The position numbers and the translations under genes were made by a program. A stretch of 64,000 nt of DNA. It comes from an uncultured Ignavibacteriales bacterium (GTDB taxonomy: Bacteria > Zixibacteria > MSB-5A5 > GN15 > JAAZOE01). Location: contig CAZGLR010000003.1 in the NCBI GenBank assembly GCA_964526635.1, positions 8,186 to 72,185 on the forward strand, read 5' to 3'. Shown here piece by piece: positions 19,296-28,471 of the stretch (its first letter is position 1; each line of letters opens with the position of its first letter). The notes beneath the pieces were generated by a model. It made no database searches. It worked only from the letters and a program-made list of their open reading frames with translations, and was not told the origin of the DNA.

Positions 19296-19328
19296 GATAT
19301 TTTTTCATATTCGAACTGCACACCTAAT
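19296..19328 (+). promoter_or_regulatory. Putative ECF promoter, variant copy 5 (GATATTTT-N17-CACC-TAAT)
   Basis: One mismatch and a spacer one base longer than the other four; about 240 nt upstream of the ATG at 19566. Confidence 0.5.
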
Positions 19329-19565
19329 AATAACAAAGGGGGGAATGACACTTCCTTCAATGGAGTATTCGTGTACCAGTATGCCTGCCTATCGGAGTCT
19401 TTACAGTCTAATTTCAAGAACAATTTCTTACCAATATATCTTCCCCATACTACACAAATAAACTCGATGCAAGAGAGGAGGATTGACACTTTAATCGAAT
19501 TTTGCCTTGGAGTTGGCAACAAAATCCCTACTGCGTTATAGCCCTTCACCGTCATCGGAGGAACA

Positions 19566-22268
19566 ATGAAAAAATTTGGAATTCTTTTTTTACTTCTTTT
19601 TCTAACTCTGGTCGTAACGTCATCGGCCGCCGAAAAGTTTATGAAGGTAGATCGTGATTTCACTATACCATCATTCGTAGGTTATGTGCAAAACCAGCTC
19701 ATTGTGGTTTTGAATGACGATGTAAGTGTTGATCATGCCCGCGATGTCCGTTCGCAGCGGGCGCTGTCGAATTACTCCGGTTTTGATCCTCTGGCCCAGC
19801 GTTTTGCCGTGGCCGATTCCCGGCCCCAGTTCGCCGGTGCCGATCGCAAAGCCGGTGCTCAGCAGCTTGCCCGGCATTATAAAGTAACAATCGGAAAAGG
19901 AACGATCGAAGAGGCCAAAGCTGCCTATGAGCGCAATCCGCAGGTTAAACGGGTTGAACTTATTGGTTTGCATACAACCTATGCGACGCCGAATGATACG
20001 TACTACGACAACCCGCCGGCGGAGTTTCCCTATGATCAATGGCATTATTGGGCCAATCACAGTGTCGATGCCGATCTGGCCTGGGATCTCAACTCCGGTT
20101 CGGAAACCGTGCTGGTGGGTATTCTCGATTCCGGAACCCGGTATTTTCACATAGACCTTGGCGGCAACAGCACGCAATGGGGACCGGGCGCACCATTTGC
20201 CGGCGGAAATATTTTCATCAACCCGAATGAAACTCCGGGTGATGGCGTAGATAACGACGGTAACGGTTATGTCGATGATGTTATCGGTTATGACTTTATT
20301 GAGACAACCGGTGGCATTGGCGGCGTTTCCTGCATCGATCAGGACTGTGGTACCAAGGATAATGATCCGGATGACGGCAACGGTCATGGTACTCATACCG
20401 CCGGTACGGTTGGTGCAATTACCAACAATGCCCGTCAGGTTGCCGGCGTTGCCGGTGGTTTCAGCGATGGGACGACCAGCGGCGTCGGTAATGGTGTAAA
20501 AATCGTGCCTTGCCGCATGGGCTACCATGCATCATATCGCGGCATGGTAACCGGTATCGTCGACATGGCTGCCGCCGCCGAAGCGATGTACTATATGGCT
20601 GACCTGGTGGACGCCGGTCATAACGTTGCCGCGATCAACTGCTCGTGGGGCAGTTCCAACAGTGGCGGTCTTGGTGCCGCCGCCGATTATCTGATTTCAC
20701 GTGATGTGGTGATTGTCGTGGCGGCGGGTAACAGCAATTCGACAAGCGCCAGTTATCTCGGTACGCGGGGTGACTGCCTTGACGTCGCCGCCACGGATAA
20801 AAACGGCAATGGCGCCTCGTTTACCAACTACGGTTCATGGGTCGATGTCGCCGCTCCCGGCGTGGAGATTCTGAGTACGTATCGCAATCCCGATGATTCC
20901 GATCCCGCGGCGCATTACATCGCGCTGCTCGACGGTACCTCGATGTCGGCCCCGCATGTCGTCGGTATTGTTGCATTGTTGGAATCCTGCAACCCGGCTC
21001 TGACAGCTGCCGACAAATTCAATCTGGTCGTCGGAAACACGACGCCATATTCCGACAGCCGCGATCTTGGTTCCGGTATTGCCAATGCCTATTTGGCCCT
21101 GCAGGCAGCCAATTGCAGCAGCACGTGTACGGAAACCACCCCGGTGGCCGATTTCAGCGGATCGCCGACCAGTGGTGATGCGCCGTTGTTGGTTGCATTT
21201 ACTGACCTGTCTACGAATAATCCCTCGTCATGGTCATGGGACTTCGGTGATGGCGGCACCTCGACCGCCCAGAATCCGAGTTATACCTATGATGTCGCGG
21301 GAACGTACACGGTTTCGTTGACGGCATCCAATTGTGCCGGCTCCAATATCGTAACCAAGACCGGTTACATCACGGTAAGCGAACCACCGTGCACCGAAAC
21401 CATTCCGGTGGCCGATTTCAGCGGCAGTCCGACCAGCGGCGATGCGCCATTGACGGTTACCTTTACGGATCTGTCGACGAATAATCCGTCGTCATGGTCA
21501 TGGGACTTCGGCGACGGTGGCACATCGACGGCGCAGAATCCGAGCTATACGTATAGCGCTGCCGGAACCTATACGGTCGCGCTGACGGCCGGTAACTGTG
21601 CCGGTTCAAACACGGTAACCAAGACAGATTACATCACGGTAACGCAGTCGCAGCAACAGGAAATGCATGTTCAAAACATCACTCTCACCCGTCAGGCGGC
21701 CGGTGGGCCAAATCGGGTCGCCGTTGCCACGGTCACAGTATATGATCAGGCCGGACTGCCAGTTTCGGGAGCGACTGTTTACGGCGTCTTCAATGCACCT
21801 AATACCAGTACCAAAACCGGTGTCACCAACAGTTCGGGTATCGCAACTATTCAATCCGATAAAACCCGTACGCCACCGGCTGATTGGTGTTTTGAAGTCA
21901 CCGATATTACCGCCACCGGATACGTGTACAACAGCACCGCCAATCTGGTTATTTACGCCTGCGAAAGCGGCTGGGTATATAAGATCGGTAATCCGACGAT
22001 ACTGCCGACTGAAATGGCGCTGAGCAACCATCCGAATCCGTTTAATCCCACGACGACAATCGGCTTCGCGTTGACGCAGGACACTCATGCACGGCTCGAT
22101 ATTTTCAATATCGCCGGGCAAAAAGTAGCCACTCTGGTTGACGAATATCTCACCGCCGGTGAGTATTCGGTTGAATGGGACGGCAGACATGTCGCCAGTG
22201 GCATCTATTTGTATCGCCTGAGCACTCTTGAAAGCAGTCAGACCAAAAAGATGGTTCTGATGAAGTAA
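19566..22268 (+). CDS. Secreted S8 subtilase with two PKD domains and a FlgD-Ig/T9SS-like C-terminal sorting domain
   Basis: Signal peptide; ILDSG, HGTHTAG, GTSMSAP; two WSWDFGDG repeats (264-bp period, 21126 and 21390); C-terminus 'NHPNPFNPTTTI...IFNIAGQKV...ASGIYLYRL...KKMVLMK'. Confidence 0.93.
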   Translation: MKKFGILFLLLFLTLVVTSSAAEKFMKVDRDFTIPSFVGYVQNQLIVVLNDDVSVDHARDVRSQRALSNYSGFDPLAQRFAVADSRPQFAGADRKAGAQQLARHYKVTIGKGTIEEAKAAYERNPQVKRVELIGLHTTYATPNDTYYDNPPAEFPYDQWHYWANHSVDADLAWDLNSGSETVLVGILDSGTRYFHIDLGGNSTQWGPGAPFAGGNIFINPNETPGDGVDNDGNGYVDDVIGYDFIETTGGIGGVSCIDQDCGTKDNDPDDGNGHGTHTAGTVGAITNNARQVAGVAGGFSDGTTSGVGNGVKIVPCRMGYHASYRGMVTGIVDMAAAAEAMYYMADLVDAGHNVAAINCSWGSSNSGGLGAAADYLISRDVVIVVAAGNSNSTSASYLGTRGDCLDVAATDKNGNGASFTNYGSWVDVAAPGVEILSTYRNPDDSDPAAHYIALLDGTSMSAPHVVGIVALLESCNPALTAADKFNLVVGNTTPYSDSRDLGSGIANAYLALQAANCSSTCTETTPVADFSGSPTSGDAPLLVAFTDLSTNNPSSWSWDFGDGGTSTAQNPSYTYDVAGTYTVSLTASNCAGSNIVTKTGYITVSEPPCTETIPVADFSGSPTSGDAPLTVTFTDLSTNNPSSWSWDFGDGGTSTAQNPSYTYSAAGTYTVALTAGNCAGSNTVTKTDYITVTQSQQQEMHVQNITLTRQAAGGPNRVAVATVTVYDQAGLPVSGATVYGVFNAPNTSTKTGVTNSSGIATIQSDKTRTPPADWCFEVTDITATGYVYNSTANLVIYACESGWVYKIGNPTILPTEMALSNHPNPFNPTTTIGFALTQDTHARLDIFNIAGQKVATLVDEYLTAGEYSVEWDGRHVASGIYLYRLSTLESSQTKKMVLMK

Positions 22269-22321
22269 GTCGTAAGTTGGTTTGGGCACAACAGGTACCT
22301 CTGCGCATGGAGGTCTCTGAC

Positions 22322-22364
22322 ACATCCCGGCGGTTCGCTCCTATACTGCCGGGATGTTTTTTTT
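22322..22364 (+). terminator. Intrinsic terminator
   Basis: ACATCCCGGC / GCCGGGATGT stem followed by a T run, between convergent genes. Confidence 0.75.
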
Positions 22365-22408
22365 ATGTAACATTTTCAATGAGGTGGGTAGGCGGGAACT
22401 TTACCGTA

Positions 22409-23641
22409 TTATGCTGTCATGTTGCGCCCGGCGATCCAGCCGGTGGTCCACGCGCTTTGGAAGTTGAAGCCGCCGGTGATGCCGTCGATATCGAGTATCT
22501 CCCCCGCAAAATATAATCCGGGGCAAATCCTGCTCTGCATCGTTCGAAAATCAACCTCCGAAAGTTTCACCCCCCCGCAAGTGACAAACTCCTCTTTGAA
22601 TTCGCCCTTGCCGCTGACTTTGAACTCTCCGCGTGTCAGTTGAGATACAATGGCGCGAACAGCAGTATTGCTCAGTTTGCTCCAGGTTGTTGCCTGATCG
22701 ATACCCTGCAGTTCGGCAATACGTTGCCAGAAGCGGCGCGGAATGTTCAACGGACTGCCCGAGAGCACGTGTTTTCGGGGATGCTCGGCTTTGTACGCCA
22801 GGAGCTCATGGTAATGCGCATCCGGCGACTGCTCCGGGCACAGGTTGATTTCCAAGGTGGCCTTATATTTCGCTTCGTTGAGCTCCCGTGCACCCCAGGC
22901 CGATAGCTTCAGCACCGCCGGTCCACTCAGTCCCCAGTGGGTTATCAGCATGGGGCCGGTCTCCTGCAATGTCGCGCCATTTACTGTTGTTAATGTCAAT
23001 TTTACCTGCTGAAAACTAAGGCCTGAAAGTCCGGTCAGTCTCGGATCGGATATCTTAAAGGTGAAAAGTGAGGGCACACAGGGAACAATAGTATGACCGA
23101 GCGCAGCCACAAGTTGATGGCCTCTCCGGTTGTTGCCAGTGGCCATCAGCACGCGATCATACCGCATCGTTGATTCGTCAGGAAAAGTCAGCTGGAAGAA
23201 CGATGTTTGACCGTCTTCGCTTCCCGCCGTAATGTCGCACACGCGGGCTCCCAGCTTGAGTATCACACCTCGCTTTGCGGCGGCGCGCAACAGGCACTCG
23301 ACAATTGTCTGCGAACTGTCGGTTACCGGAAACATCCGACCATCCGGCTCAGCTTTCAACGTTACGCCTTGGCCAGTAAACCAGGCCACCGTATCGCTCG
23401 CCTGGAAACGGCTGAAAGCGCCAAGCAACTCTCGTCCGCCACGAGGGTAGTTCTCTACAAGCAGTTTCGGTTCATAGCAGTAATGAGTGACGTTGCAGCG
23501 GCCTCCCCCCGAAATCAGAACCTTGTCGAGTGGCTGATGCGATGCCTCAAGCACATCAATAGATACTCCCGGCCCGGCTGATGTCGCCGTTATTGCCGCA
23601 AACATGCCGGCAGGACCTCCGCCGACGACAGCAATCCGCAT
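22409..23641 (-). CDS. HI0933/BaiN family flavoprotein
   Basis: GGGPAG, ISGGGRCNVT, FVTCGGV, GITGGFNFQSAWTTG. Confidence 0.93.
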   Translation of the reverse strand: MRIAVVGGGPAGMFAAITATSAGPGVSIDVLEASHQPLDKVLISGGGRCNVTHYCYEPKLLVENYPRGGRELLGAFSRFQASDTVAWFTGQGVTLKAEPDGRMFPVTDSSQTIVECLLRAAAKRGVILKLGARVCDITAGSEDGQTSFFQLTFPDESTMRYDRVLMATGNNRRGHQLVAALGHTIVPCVPSLFTFKISDPRLTGLSGLSFQQVKLTLTTVNGATLQETGPMLITHWGLSGPAVLKLSAWGARELNEAKYKATLEINLCPEQSPDAHYHELLAYKAEHPRKHVLSGSPLNIPRRFWQRIAELQGIDQATTWSKLSNTAVRAIVSQLTRGEFKVSGKGEFKEEFVTCGGVKLSEVDFRTMQSRICPGLYFAGEILDIDGITGGFNFQSAWTTGWIAGRNMTA

Positions 23642-23889
23642 ATCCGCTCCTGTGTCAGTGCCGCCAATTCACTGTCTCTGCAAAATATACGCGCATATCC
23701 GGCCAGCCAAAACAAAAACACCATGTACATGAATAGACACACGCCGCCACCAATTGCGATAGGAGTCGGAAGGTGTTGTATGTATTATGCATTGGATATA
23801 TTGGCAAGACCGGTATATTCACTCAAGACTGCGGGTCTAATAGAGCAAAAAAAAAGGCCGGGCACACAGGGAATATAGAAGGACACATC

Positions 23890-24153
23890 ATGGGCAAACC
23901 ATCAGAACGTTTCTGGCAGATATTAATTGAAGTTTTCGAAGCGCTGCCCCGGCAGGGTCCGGGTAATCGCGCCTGTACGCAGCGGGCGCTTGCACTCTGT
24001 CGTGACCTGCCGCCAGTACCGAAAATACTCGATCTCGGCAGTGGCATTGGCGCACAATCCTTGCATCTGGCGGAACTTACAGCCGGGATACGCCGGGGCG
24101 GCATATCCCGGGTACTGTGCTATGCGATCAACGAATCAGTCGGTTATGAATGA
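23890..24153 (+). pseudogene. Truncated class I SAM-dependent methyltransferase (N-terminal fragment)
   Basis: RBS GAAGGA; 'FEALPRQGPG...KILDLGSGIGAQSLHLAELT' (motif I), then non-homologous-looking sequence and a stop after about 87 aa. Confidence 0.7.
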
Positions 24154-24329
24154 TGCAATGACTTCTGTCCCTTGCCACCGCGATCATTTTCCTGATCCAT
24201 AAAGATATCAAAGACTTCGTCGCATTCTTCGCAGACAAATGTCTGGCGCCCCTTGCGGTTTTTACCCTCGGTCTGGATGTTGCGACTGCCGCAATTCGGG
24301 CAGCGTTTGGGTTGTTGTTTCTTCCCCAT
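24144..24329 (-). CDS. Small zinc-ribbon protein
   Basis: CPNC...CEEC; RBS GGAG; starts 1 nt after the MFS stop codon. Confidence 0.65.
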   Translation of the reverse strand: MGKKQQPKRCPNCGSRNIQTEGKNRKGRQTFVCEECDEVFDIFMDQENDRGGKGQKSLHHS

Positions 24330-24330
24330 G

Positions 24331-25782
24331 TTAATCTCCCGGGTTTTGTTTGGTGCGTCGCGTCAGTGACGGCAGGTCGGTGGTTTTGATGCCAAACGGT
24401 ACAATTAACCGGCCGGCCGAAAGTCGTTTCAGCGCGGTATCGCCGATGAAATTCAAGAGAATCGGCAGCGAGGTATCGCGCGGTTCATGACAGGCATTGA
24501 ACAGCGGTATGACCGCCATGCGCAGAAATGCCGAAATCGCGAACAATATCTGATAACGGCCCAGCGTCAGACCCGCCACAGTTATGCTTTGATCGCCCAT
24601 CACCTGAGCCAGGTAGCCGCCCAGAATAGAAGCGCCGAAATAGGCCAGGCCGGTGGTTACGGCGTAAATGGCCAGATAAATACATCGTTGCGACTTGTCG
24701 CTGCAACTTATTGGCAGGGTAAACACCGCCAGATTAAATCCGGCCCAGAGAATGCCCGAGTAAAGGGCCTCGCCATAGAGCACCCACGCCGTATTCGGTC
24801 CTGGAAAAAGCCATATCAGCGGAATAATTGAAATGCCGACAGCGGAGACGACTGCGGTTTGGCGGGCGCCGAAGCGGTCGATAGCCTTGCCCCAGCTATG
24901 AGTGGTCCATACCGCAGCCAGTGAAAACGCGCTGGTGTACAGACCAATCGCCAGGAAATTCATCCGCAGCTCGTTGAGCATATGCGGCGCGAAAAACGCC
25001 GCTGACAGACCGATAGCAACATGCCAGGCGGCGCCGGCTGTCAGCAGACGGCGAAATCGGCTGTGTCCAAACGGTGCCGCCACTGCGGTCAGAGTAATTT
25101 TTTGCTTTGATTGATTCGACCACGTGTCGGGAATGCGGGCCAGGTAGGCCAGCGCCATGGCTGCCGCCGTTGCGGCCATCGCGAGCAGTATCGCAAAACC
25201 CAGACTGCGATTTCCGGTCGCGCTGAAACCATCGAGTATTAAACTGGCAGCAATCGTGATGGTAACTGTGCTGATGGCGACCGCCATACTCCGGATACCG
25301 AAATAGCGGCCCCGCAGCCGCGATGGCACCAGGTCGGCAATCCATGCCGTCCATCCCGGTGCGGCAATCATCGCGCTGATTCCGGACAGTATCGCCAGGG
25401 TGGCCAGTATCTGTGGCCGGTACGGTATATCAAGGAAGCACAATGGAATCAAAAGCCACCAGCTCTGTCGGGCGATCGCCAGGAATGCAACGGTAATCGA
25501 CTTTCGGCGGCCGGTGACCGCGATCAGCATAGCTCCGGGCAGTTGTGCGATCTGGGCCAGAAACGGGATCGCGCCCAACAGTCCGAGCATGAAGTCATCG
25601 GCGCCCCAGTGAAGCGCCAGACCGGTTAAAAACGCACCACCGGTCAGGATAACGAACATATTGGCCAACGCGCCTTCCATCGTCATGGCGTAGAGCGACG
25701 CATAACGGGGCTTGCGAGTGGCGGCGGCGTTGAAGGGCAAGTGAAGTGAATGCCGTGCGGTTAATGACGTTGCCATCTCCAA
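24331..25782 (-). CDS. MFS transporter
   Basis: About 12 hydrophobic segments; 'WIADLVPSRLRGRYFG' and 'WGKAIDRFG' MFS loop motifs. Confidence 0.88.
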   Translation of the reverse strand: MEMATSLTARHSLHLPFNAAATRKPRYASLYAMTMEGALANMFVILTGGAFLTGLALHWGADDFMLGLLGAIPFLAQIAQLPGAMLIAVTGRRKSITVAFLAIARQSWWLLIPLCFLDIPYRPQILATLAILSGISAMIAAPGWTAWIADLVPSRLRGRYFGIRSMAVAISTVTITIAASLILDGFSATGNRSLGFAILLAMAATAAAMALAYLARIPDTWSNQSKQKITLTAVAAPFGHSRFRRLLTAGAAWHVAIGLSAAFFAPHMLNELRMNFLAIGLYTSAFSLAAVWTTHSWGKAIDRFGARQTAVVSAVGISIIPLIWLFPGPNTAWVLYGEALYSGILWAGFNLAVFTLPISCSDKSQRCIYLAIYAVTTGLAYFGASILGGYLAQVMGDQSITVAGLTLGRYQILFAISAFLRMAVIPLFNACHEPRDTSLPILLNFIGDTALKRLSAGRLIVPFGIKTTDLPSLTRRTKQNPGD

Positions 25783-27185
25783 ATCCCGGATCGTAGTCCT
25801 GTGCGATTTTCTGCTTCGATGGGTGTGACTATCGATGAAACCGGCTGCACTGATTTTGCATGCTCAGTCGTAGCCCTGTTATCAGCCAGCAGGACGGCAT
25901 CGGGCACCGCCTTAATGAAGCGCTGCCGGAGACTGTATGTATAAGCGCCCTGCGCTGGAATCACCAGAATATCGCCCGTCTGAATCGAGCTGCCCCAGTA
26001 ACCATAGCCCCAGATATCATGCGGCGTACACAGTGCGCCCATGACCATGCACGGCCGTTCTTCACAGTCCGGTCGAGAAATATTGACGACCGGGAAATAA
26101 TCGGATTCGAACCGTTCCCAACCGACCATATTGGTCCCGGCGTCGGTGATAACGAGATCATCGTCCTTTTTGTCGCACACGGTCATCGCCAGCATCATGG
26201 CATCGTGCGCCAGCCACCGTCCGGGTTCAAGGAAGATCTTCGGAGAAATAAATGGCGAAATGTATTGGGCGATTGCCCGGCTGATTCTATCGGCAAATTC
26301 GGTAATCGGCGCCGAGGGGATATAAAAACGGCCTCCGGCGCGATTGGTCGATTTGCCGGTCAGGACACTGATCAACCGCCCGCGCGGGGTGGCATCCGCC
26401 TGGAGCCATTCACCGCATTCCGGCCAGTAACCTCCCCCGATATCAATGAAACGAATCTCGGAACGCATGGCCGCCGGCAAAGACTGGATAATACTTCCGA
26501 GTTGAGCGATAGCACTGACCTGGGCCGATGGCGTCATATTCCAACTGGTATGAATATGCAATCCCCGGAAGGATATGTTTTTCAGGGATGGGATAGTCTC
26601 CAGAAGTCCGGTGACATCGTGCGCGGCTACGCCAAATTTCCGCCAGAGACCATGCTGGCGCACATTCATCCGCACGCCGATGCGAATTACCCTGCCCTGA
26701 TCGGCAGCCAGATAATTCAGCCGTTGCAACTCGGTCGAGCTGTCAACCAGGACGATAATCCGTTTGTGATGACGAATTGCCAGCCGCAGTTCGGCATCAG
26801 TTTTGCCCGGACCGGTAAAGATGATGCGATCGGCATCGGTCTGCAGCGCCAGCGACAGTTCCTCCCCGCTGGAAACATCGAGCCCGCCGCCAAGTTTGAC
26901 GATTTCTTCGGCAATGGCCGGATGATTGTTGCATTTCACAGCGAAGTAAATCTCCGCAGTCGGCAGAGGGCCTCGAAATGCCTTCGAAAAACGGGCAAAG
27001 CGCTGCCGCAACATCGGCAGATCGATCAGATACAGCGGACGGCCGGGCTGGACCAGGTGTTTTATGACCGCGGATGCGTTGTGAACGTATTCTATCGATG
27101 GCCTGATCTGCTGGTCACCAAGAACTCGCGGTCTATCAGTCAGGGCCCGGGTAACCGCCTTTATGATGCCAATGGTTCCGACCAT
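25761..27185 (-). CDS. Fold-type III PLP decarboxylase (diaminopimelate/ornithine decarboxylase family)
   Basis: YFAVKCN (PLP lysine), DVSSGEEL, FTGPGKT, IDIGGG, LEPGR, GALCTPHD, GAYT. Confidence 0.9.
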   Translation of the reverse strand: MVGTIGIIKAVTRALTDRPRVLGDQQIRPSIEYVHNASAVIKHLVQPGRPLYLIDLPMLRQRFARFSKAFRGPLPTAEIYFAVKCNNHPAIAEEIVKLGGGLDVSSGEELSLALQTDADRIIFTGPGKTDAELRLAIRHHKRIIVLVDSSTELQRLNYLAADQGRVIRIGVRMNVRQHGLWRKFGVAAHDVTGLLETIPSLKNISFRGLHIHTSWNMTPSAQVSAIAQLGSIIQSLPAAMRSEIRFIDIGGGYWPECGEWLQADATPRGRLISVLTGKSTNRAGGRFYIPSAPITEFADRISRAIAQYISPFISPKIFLEPGRWLAHDAMMLAMTVCDKKDDDLVITDAGTNMVGWERFESDYFPVVNISRPDCEERPCMVMGALCTPHDIWGYGYWGSSIQTGDILVIPAQGAYTYSLRQRFIKAVPDAVLLADNRATTEHAKSVQPVSSIVTPIEAENRTGLRSGIWRWQRH

Positions 27186-28471
27186 GGCCGGTCCTCCCTG
27201 ACGAGAATCAACTTCCGCTGCAACTCCTCACACTGACCGCGAATCGACAAGCCGGCATCGGGAGCGAAGATGACGTAGCCAAGGATGCGGGAATCATAAT
27301 CATCGGGCGGTTGCAATACTGTATGATTTGGTCCGATGGTTATGGTACAATTACGCACCCGGGGATCGCTTGAAATAAACCTCGTATCGCACTGGGTAAT
27401 GCGCCCGGAAAAACCGGTCAACAGCCGCAACCCCACCAGAGTCGTCCACTCCGGGAGATCAGGGATATGGAATTCTTCGCCGCGGGCCAGTGACACAGCG
27501 GCTTTCAGTATATCGAACTCCGCGGCATGCCGCAAAAGCGGCGGCAGGCAGTCACCGCCCGGACGCGGAGCCATCTCGAGCAGATACATACAATCACCCC
27601 GAACAATAAAATCGGCCATGACAATCGCCCTGGTAATGCCAAGCGATCGGGCGGCCGTATCCATAAATTCAGTCAACTGCCCGTCGGAAATTCCGGGTAT
27701 CGATGCCGGTACCTGATAAGCATGGATAGTCCCCGGAGGATGATTCGACGCCGGGATTTTCCGGGCGATACGTATCAGACGGCTTTCGTGCGGGGTAATC
27801 AGGATATCACAGCTGTATTCCTGGCCGAGAATGTATTCCTCAACCAGAAATCCGCCGGAATGGCTGTTGTCCTGTTGACGGAGACGGCGGCGGCGGCGTG
27901 ACGACGGCGGCCTTTTGATGCTACTGGTATACTGCAGGTGCAGCCAGGCGGCATGACGACACTCGGTTTCGGTCAGGCAATGGATAACCATCTCGCTGCC
28001 GGAACCGCAGAACGGTTTCAATACGACAGCCGAATCAAGCCGGCGCATTGCGTCGACAGCCTCATCTTCGGTGAAAGCCACTACCGATGCCGGGCTGGAG
28101 ATGCCGTTTGATCGCCATATGCTGCCGGATCGCCATTTGTTTCGGCAATTGGCGACTGTTTGTGGTGATTCAAACGGCAGCTTGAGATGCCTGGCCAGTT
28201 CAGCGGCCAGTGGCAGGGAATCATCATCAAAGCAGACCACGCCGACAATTTCGATTTCCCATTGCTGCGACCTCTGTTTGACCTGCGCCGGGATGTTACT
28301 GCTGTTGCCCAGATCGGAGACTATCTCCCGTTCGCCGGCGCGGACATCAAGCGGATTGCGGTCGCGCTCGGATTGATCGGTCAAAAACAGAAGTGAGTGT
28401 GGCAGCACGTCCATCAAATAGGTGATGTAGTCGGTGGTCGTTCCGACGACAAGAACGCGCCTGCTAGCCAT
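27161..28471 (-). CDS. ATP-grasp ligase (L-amino acid ligase-like)
   Basis: CRNKW, VVLKP..GSGS, LVEEYILGQEYS, YLLEMAPRPGGD. Confidence 0.88.
   Translation of the reverse strand: MASRRVLVVGTTTDYITYLMDVLPHSLLFLTDQSERDRNPLDVRAGEREIVSDLGNSSNIPAQVKQRSQQWEIEIVGVVCFDDDSLPLAAELARHLKLPFESPQTVANCRNKWRSGSIWRSNGISSPASVVAFTEDEAVDAMRRLDSAVVLKPFCGSGSEMVIHCLTETECRHAAWLHLQYTSSIKRPPSSRRRRRLRQQDNSHSGGFLVEEYILGQEYSCDILITPHESRLIRIARKIPASNHPPGTIHAYQVPASIPGISDGQLTEFMDTAARSLGITRAIVMADFIVRGDCMYLLEMAPRPGGDCLPPLLRHAAEFDILKAAVSLARGEEFHIPDLPEWTTLVGLRLLTGFSGRITQCDTRFISSDPRVRNCTITIGPNHTVLQPPDDYDSRILGYVIFAPDAGLSIRGQCEELQRKLILVREDRPWSEPLAS

Noticed and set aside
18902..19663. 253-aa minus-strand ORF
   Set aside because: Overlaps two better-supported plus-strand genes and a promoter region; composition is not protein-like.
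24144..24329. IS1 InsA-like transposase fragment
   Set aside because: Only a zinc ribbon; no insB or terminal repeats, and it is coupled to the MFS gene.
25860..27236. 458-aa plus-strand ORF
   Set aside because: Antisense shadow of the decarboxylase gene; no recognisable motifs.
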